Below, piece by piece: positions 27,442 through 32,000 of a stretch of DNA of 32,000 nucleotides. Positions within the stretch are counted from its first letter, which is position 1. Each line of letters starts with the position of its first letter. The position numbers and the translations under genes are program-made. The notes beneath the pieces were generated by a model. It made no database searches, was not told the origin of the DNA, and saw only the letters and a program-made list of their open reading frames with translations. This DNA comes from an archaeon (GTDB lineage: Archaea > Asgardarchaeota > Thorarchaeia > Thorarchaeales > Thorarchaeaceae): NCBI GenBank assembly GCA_024275415.1, contig JAJRZD010000089.1, forward strand, positions 7,137 through 39,136, read 5' to 3'.

Positions 27442-28170
27442 ATGTTGTTCAGGGTCGCACGAAGTCGAGAAGGAGGCAAAATCACTCATTATGACCTCTA
27501 CAAGATCCAAGAGAAGAAAGGCATGACAATACTGGATGGTCTGTTCCAGATACAGGACCGGATGGATCCTTCACTCGCATTCAGATACTCATGCCGTGGT
27601 GCTGTCTGTGGCAGCTGTGCTATGCTGATTGACAAGGAACCAAGACTCGCTTGCAGGACTCAGATACTGGCAGTGAAGGATGAAGCACTTAAACTGAAAC
27701 CATTTCCCCCTCTGACTGATGCCCCTCCTGGATGGGATAAGAAAACAGAGATTCTTATTGAGCCCCTACCAAATCTGCCAATCCTGAAAGACCTTGTTGT
27801 CGATATGACCAAGTTCTACAAGTCATTGGAAGACCTGAAGCTTTGGATGGAACCCCTCGAGAGCAAGCATCCTCGGCTACAATCGCCTGACGAACGCGAG
27901 GTCATACGTCGGTATGTGAATTGTATAATGTGTGCTATCTGCTATGGCTCTTGCCCTGTGAACTTCGAGAATGAGGAATATGTTGGGCCTGCTGCACTTG
28001 CGAAGGCTTTCCGGTTCGAGCAGGACTCTAGAACCACTGATCCCGAAAGATACGGCGAGGCTGCAAGGAAGTCAAATGGAGCCCCTCTCTGTGACCTTGT
28101 GATGAACTGCGTCAAGGCATGTCCGAAGGGTGTTGCTCCTGGTGGTGCTATCCGCAAGTTGAAGCAATAG
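27442..28170 (+). CDS. sdhB: Succinate dehydrogenase/fumarate reductase iron-sulfur subunit
   Basis: SCRGAVCGSC..C (2Fe-2S), CIMCAICYGSCP (4Fe-4S), CDLVMNCVKACP (3Fe-4S). Confidence 0.95.
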   Translation: MLFRVARSREGGKITHYDLYKIQEKKGMTILDGLFQIQDRMDPSLAFRYSCRGAVCGSCAMLIDKEPRLACRTQILAVKDEALKLKPFPPLTDAPPGWDKKTEILIEPLPNLPILKDLVVDMTKFYKSLEDLKLWMEPLESKHPRLQSPDEREVIRRYVNCIMCAICYGSCPVNFENEEYVGPAALAKAFRFEQDSRTTDPERYGEAARKSNGAPLCDLVMNCVKACPKGVAPGGAIRKLKQ

Positions 28171-28175
28171 ACTGG

Positions 28176-28643
28176 TCAGCCGTCCCTTCCTGCTTGGTTG
28201 ATCAACATGGCTATCTGTCCTCCATGATGGATTGCATGATAGCCTGCAACGATTCGCAGGATGGTTTCGACCGAGCCTTCACGCAATTTGGCCGGAGGCG
28301 GTAATGTTGACCACCTGTCCAATGATTTCTCACTCATCTTGTAGAGCATTTCTTTGAAAATGCGATAACTGTGACGGATTGTTGCCTCTATCCCAGTCTC
28401 ATTAGTGCTCTGTTTAGTGCTTTCTATCTCAATTCCGAGTTCCTCAGCAATATGAGCACATACTGCACCCAATGCCCAAGCCACATGGTCTGCAATTTCG
28501 TTTGCTGACCTTGAATCTTCTGATATCTTCCAATCCATCAGATTTGATTCTTCCACCAATTGGGACAGGAGCCAGTTCCGTGCTGCAAGTCCTAGCCTCA
28601 AGAGACTTCCTCTTCTACCTGTAAGCTTCTTATCCACCTTCAT
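28176..28643 (-). CDS. DinB/YfiT-superfamily four-helix-bundle protein
   Basis: His triad EIADH and HAIHHGGQI; start at ATG 28643 after GGTGAGAAGG. Confidence 0.8.
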   Translation of the reverse strand: MKVDKKLTGRRGSLLRLGLAARNWLLSQLVEESNLMDWKISEDSRSANEIADHVAWALGAVCAHIAEELGIEIESTKQSTNETGIEATIRHSYRIFKEMLYKMSEKSLDRWSTLPPPAKLREGSVETILRIVAGYHAIHHGGQIAMLINQAGRDG

Positions 28644-28694
28644 TGTCCTTCTCACCAATCTATCATTTCTTTGACACCACTGTACAAAGGAACT

Positions 28695-29729
28695 TCAAAG
28701 TCTTAAGAGTTCATAGGAATCGCATCCGATTTCTGCCAATCTTTGCTGGGTCATCCCGATTGCAGTATCGGAGATATCACAGAGGATCCATCTGCGGTTC
28801 GCTTGATGTGCAGCAACGGCGAGTGTACCAGACCCTCCAAAGAAATCCGCAACAATATCACCTTTAGAAGACGCAGCCTTAATGACCCGATCGAGCAGTG
28901 TCACCGGTTTTTGAGTGATGAATCCCGCATACTCTTTTGATGATCCCTGAATCGGGGGGATATCAAACCAAAGATCCGAAACAGGTATCCCCCGCACATC
29001 TTTCAGGTATTGTTTCTTGGAGTAGCGCCCATTCTTGCTCGTGTAAATCAAGCCTTGATCCCACCACTCATCCAGTTTCTTTCTGCTGTAAAGGTAAGGT
29101 GCGTCACGTCCTTTCCATTCGAACCGTCTTCGACCCTGAGTCTTTTGGATTACCTGTGCTTCGATCTCTATCAGGCGGAATCTGCCTTTCTCATCCTGAT
29201 AGCTATATGGCTTCATGGCTTTTCGGTCGATTGGTCTGTATACTGGATTCAATTCAAAGGATGAACTGTCTTTCGCATAGAGCAGTATCACATCATGCTG
29301 GCTCCCAAACCCTCTGCTCTGCACCTTTGGACTGTTCGTCCTCTTCCAGATTATTTCGTTCACGAAATTATGGTATCCATAGATGGCATCAAGCATGACT
29401 TTGACGTAGTGAGAAACATGATAGTCTAGGTGTATCCATACACTTCCATTATTCGACAGCAGGCTCTTGCATTTTTCTAGTCTATCTTTCATGAACCGTA
29501 GGTACTCTTCTAGACCTCCTTCCCACCTATCACTATAGGAATGCTCGTCTGTCACCATCGAGGCGTGTCTGTCGGAAGATTGTCCTTTCCTCTTTATAGT
29601 GTAATCTGTGTTCGAGAAGAATGGCGGATCCATGTAGATTAAACGGACTTGCTCACGCAATGTTTCTGTAACATGATCTATCGCATCGGTGCAATCGCCG
29701 TGGATGAGTAGGTTTCGCCAAGAATTCAA
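28695..29729 (-). CDS. N6-adenine/N4-cytosine DNA methyltransferase, beta class (Mod-like), orphan
   Basis: LIHGDC, motif IV YMDPPF, NEIIWKR, QHDVILLYAK, TQKP, motif I DFFGGSGT late in the protein; TTG start after GAGGAG. Confidence 0.93.
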   Translation of the reverse strand: MNSWRNLLIHGDCTDAIDHVTETLREQVRLIYMDPPFFSNTDYTIKRKGQSSDRHASMVTDEHSYSDRWEGGLEEYLRFMKDRLEKCKSLLSNNGSVWIHLDYHVSHYVKVMLDAIYGYHNFVNEIIWKRTNSPKVQSRGFGSQHDVILLYAKDSSSFELNPVYRPIDRKAMKPYSYQDEKGRFRLIEIEAQVIQKTQGRRRFEWKGRDAPYLYSRKKLDEWWDQGLIYTSKNGRYSKKQYLKDVRGIPVSDLWFDIPPIQGSSKEYAGFITQKPVTLLDRVIKAASSKGDIVADFFGGSGTLAVAAHQANRRWILCDISDTAIGMTQQRLAEIGCDSYELLRL

Positions 29730-29777
29730 TGTCGCTCCTCATCCCTATGTTGTTTCTTCCTTTTGAGTCTTGATAAA

Positions 29778-29801
29778 TTCCGACATTGATATTAGTCGGA
29801 A
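29778..29801. promoter_or_regulatory. Inverted repeat in the MTase/flippase divergent intergenic region
   Basis: TTCCGAC-N10-GTCGGAA. Confidence 0.35.
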
Positions 29802-29840
29802 GTACTTCAGTCATTTTCGATTAGGGAGGCCTTCTGTAGC

Positions 29841-32000
29841 ATGGATAGTTCCCGAACTCTTTTGACGACCATGATCGTATCACTTCTCCTTTTCCCTGGG
29901 GTTATCGTAGGTCTTGTTGTTGCTGGACCCCTTACTCCTGCACAGGCACCAACCACCACGACCGTTGCCGTGGTCGGTGCTGAGAACGCACCTGCGGTCA
30001 TTGATGCTCTAGGATTAGATCAGGATTCTATCCATATCTCTACCTATCCATCTATCGCGATGGCTCTCTCGAACGATGTAGATGTCCTACTCCTCATAGA
30101 CTCACCCATCAGTCTTGCAGACTTTGGTTTCCTGAATGGACATTTAGTGAACGGTGGTGGAATCTTCATCCTGCCTGGCCCTGCCATGATCGAAGATGGC
30201 ACTGGTTTCAAATTTCTGAACATCACCACTTCTGACGCATTACTTGCCAGTAAGCCTGATGCTGCTATTGTGACACGGATGATAGACACCACTCACCCGA
30301 TAATGAGTTTTGATTGGTCTTCCGCGCCCACCGCTGAGCGCATCACAGTCCTCCCTGACCTATCTCCTTCAAGCACAGTCCTCCTTGCCAATGATACAGG
30401 GTTCGGCACTGGAGGCGCGCCATTACTTGTTCATACTCGGTCTAGGTCAGGTAACATCCTTGTGTACACGCCTTGGCTGACGTATAATTCATCTGCGGAC
30501 TCGTCCCAGACGAACTACGAGTTGGTTCTTTGGCCATATTTCAATTATTTCCTCTATTCATCGTGTGTCTACCTCTCTAATCAATCCCCCCTTACCTATG
30601 CCGAGTGGAGCTATTCCCCCGTGCCTCATCTCGAACAGCAGCTCATCATCGGTGTAATGGTCGCCATCATCGGCATCGTTACATTCTCATCTTATCGGAG
30701 CATGAAGAAGCGCTCTCTCAAAGAGAAGGAGATTCTCTCAGAGATTGAACGTGCAGAGTTGCTCGTCGAAGTGACAGAAGAGATTGATGAATGGGAGGAG
30801 ATAGGGATGCATAGGCAGATTGGTGGCTTCCTCATCCAGCTGTTCATCACCCTGCTTCTTGTCATCCCACGTGTTGTCCTTACCATCATGATATACCCTC
30901 GTTTCATCATGCCTTTCCCGATGGCCGCAGGATGGTACTCTTTCAGCGTGAATCTCTTTCTCGGACTATGGACGCTCTTCGATCTCGGCACGAGTGTTGC
31001 ACTGGCAAAGTACTTTGCTGAATATAGGGTTGATCAACCTGAAGAGGCTGTGAAATACGCTCAGATATTCGTGTGGTTCCAGTGTATCACAGGGGTTGTC
31101 CAGATAACCATAGTAGCCTTTCTAGGTTCAATCATTTTTCCCCACACCTACCTTGCCCATCTATCATATGTCTTCATAGCTCACTCACTGTTTCAGTTCC
31201 CAGGATTCACGTTGCTATTCATCCATGTCTTTAGAGGCATGAACCGGATTGACTATCAGCAACTGACGAACATCCTCAAGTATGTCGTGTTCGATGCTCT
31301 GGCTCCTTATATCCTGATTCTTGTTTTCCGATGGTGGGGTGCTCAGAACCCAATCTTCGGCGAAGCTCTTGGTGGCGCGATTGGGCAGGCTATAGGAACC
31401 TACCTGTCGGAGTGGCTTGTGTTCGGTGTATCCATCTGGCTCTTCAAGAAGCTGGGGTTCAACGTGTCCACACTGTTCAGGATCGACTTTGACCGGAAAC
31501 AGGTCATGAAGGCGTTGAAGTTCGGAGCAAAATGGACGGTTGGTGCTGCGACCGTACCACTGGTATGGTTCTATCAGATGCTCATTGTCAGCACGAACCT
31601 GCTGAACTGGTCAGCTCTCCAAGGGCAGTACCAACTGGCATGGGATCTTGCTATCATGGTGTCGGTCGTGGGTCTATTCATGGAAAGCATGCTGGGGGGC
31701 ATCTCAGAGTCATACTCTCATGGCAAGAAGAATCTCACCGAACTCTATACCGCTCAAGGCCTGAAATACGGTGCATTCTTTGTCTTCTGGTTCATCTCTG
31801 TCCTAGCTGCCACGGGTGCGAGAGCAATCCTTGGCGCAGCGGGTCAGGACTGGGCATACGCTGCTGAACTCCTCCAGTTCTTCCTACTGTTCCAGCTGCT
31901 GGGCTTCTTTAGCTGGCTTGGTGATTGGATGTTCGCGGGTGCTGAACGAACTGGACTTGCTGCCGCTGTATGGATACTTGAACAGGCATCTCGGGCGATT
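29841..32000 (+). CDS. Large membrane protein: ectodomain fused to an MOP-superfamily (Wzx/MurJ/RFT1/MATE-like) flippase; truncated by the window edge
   Basis: My own translation gives 720 codons without a stop from ATG 29841 (MDSSRTLLTTMIV..): signal/TM, ~240-aa ectodomain, TM at ~aa268-285, charged linker, then many TMs including LWTLFDLGTSVALAKYFAEY. It is absent from the ORF track because it lacks a stop in the window. Confidence 0.8.
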   Translation, partial: MDSSRTLLTTMIVSLLLFPGVIVGLVVAGPLTPAQAPTTTTVAVVGAENAPAVIDALGLDQDSIHISTYPSIAMALSNDVDVLLLIDSPISLADFGFLNGHLVNGGGIFILPGPAMIEDGTGFKFLNITTSDALLASKPDAAIVTRMIDTTHPIMSFDWSSAPTAERITVLPDLSPSSTVLLANDTGFGTGGAPLLVHTRSRSGNILVYTPWLTYNSSADSSQTNYELVLWPYFNYFLYSSCVYLSNQSPLTYAEWSYSPVPHLEQQLIIGVMVAIIGIVTFSSYRSMKKRSLKEKEILSEIERAELLVEVTEEIDEWEEIGMHRQIGGFLIQLFITLLLVIPRVVLTIMIYPRFIMPFPMAAGWYSFSVNLFLGLWTLFDLGTSVALAKYFAEYRVDQPEEAVKYAQIFVWFQCITGVVQITIVAFLGSIIFPHTYLAHLSYVFIAHSLFQFPGFTLLFIHVFRGMNRIDYQQLTNILKYVVFDALAPYILILVFRWWGAQNPIFGEALGGAIGQAIGTYLSEWLVFGVSIWLFKKLGFNVSTLFRIDFDRKQVMKALKFGAKWTVGAATVPLVWFYQMLIVSTNLLNWSALQGQYQLAWDLAIMVSVVGLFMESMLGGISESYSHGKKNLTELYTAQGLKYGAFFVFWFISVLAATGARAILGAAGQDWAYAAELLQFFLLFQLLGFFSWLGDWMFAGAERTGLAAAVWILEQASRAI

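Noticed and set aside
100-31867. Numerous other antisense or overlapping ORFs in the track (e.g. 100..636, 1779..2255, 19660..20151, 24901..25539, 26158..26772, 30692..30991, 31532..31867)
   Set aside because: They lie wholly within well-supported genes on the other strand or frame and have no family motifs.
1-32000. tRNA, rRNA, CRISPR arrays, IS elements
   Set aside because: No T-loop/cloverleaf, regularly spaced repeats or transposase motifs were seen by eye; tRNAscan-SE or Infernal would be decisive.

Overview
This is an archaeal genomic window of about 50% GC by hand-sampled lines. The gene set (group II chaperonin, HMGS/thiolase/DUF35, DUF359 dephospho-CoA kinase, SAMP-like Ubl, V4R protein, surface prenyltransferase-repeat protein) suggests an Asgard archaeon, possibly Thorarchaeia; that is an inference. 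Most of it is housekeeping metabolism: nfnAB transhydrogenase, NAD(P)HX repair, a fused PPAT-DPCK CoA enzyme, the mevalonate-entry trio, thermosome, a korAB-fumC-sdhAB TCA cluster, a DinB protein and an orphan DNA methyltransferase. A flippase fusion, missed by the ORF track, runs off the right edge. An AT-rich ABC-transporter insert (~4.9-7.9 kb) carries a decayed paralog. The most notable features are: (1) two thiol/sulfur genes, thioredoxin reductase and the SAMP-like Ubl, each appear interrupted by one in-frame TAA; (2) a glutaminase-dead AsnB-like ligase overlaps the Ubl tail-to-tail and ends a co-oriented run of uncharacterised genes (prenyltransferase-repeat glycoprotein, degenerate HerA-like protein, AbrB-ACT regulator); (3) a repeat/palindrome operator lies upstream of the thermosome. 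I saw no rRNA, tRNA, CRISPR array or transposase. All family calls come from motif recognition by eye; no database search was run.
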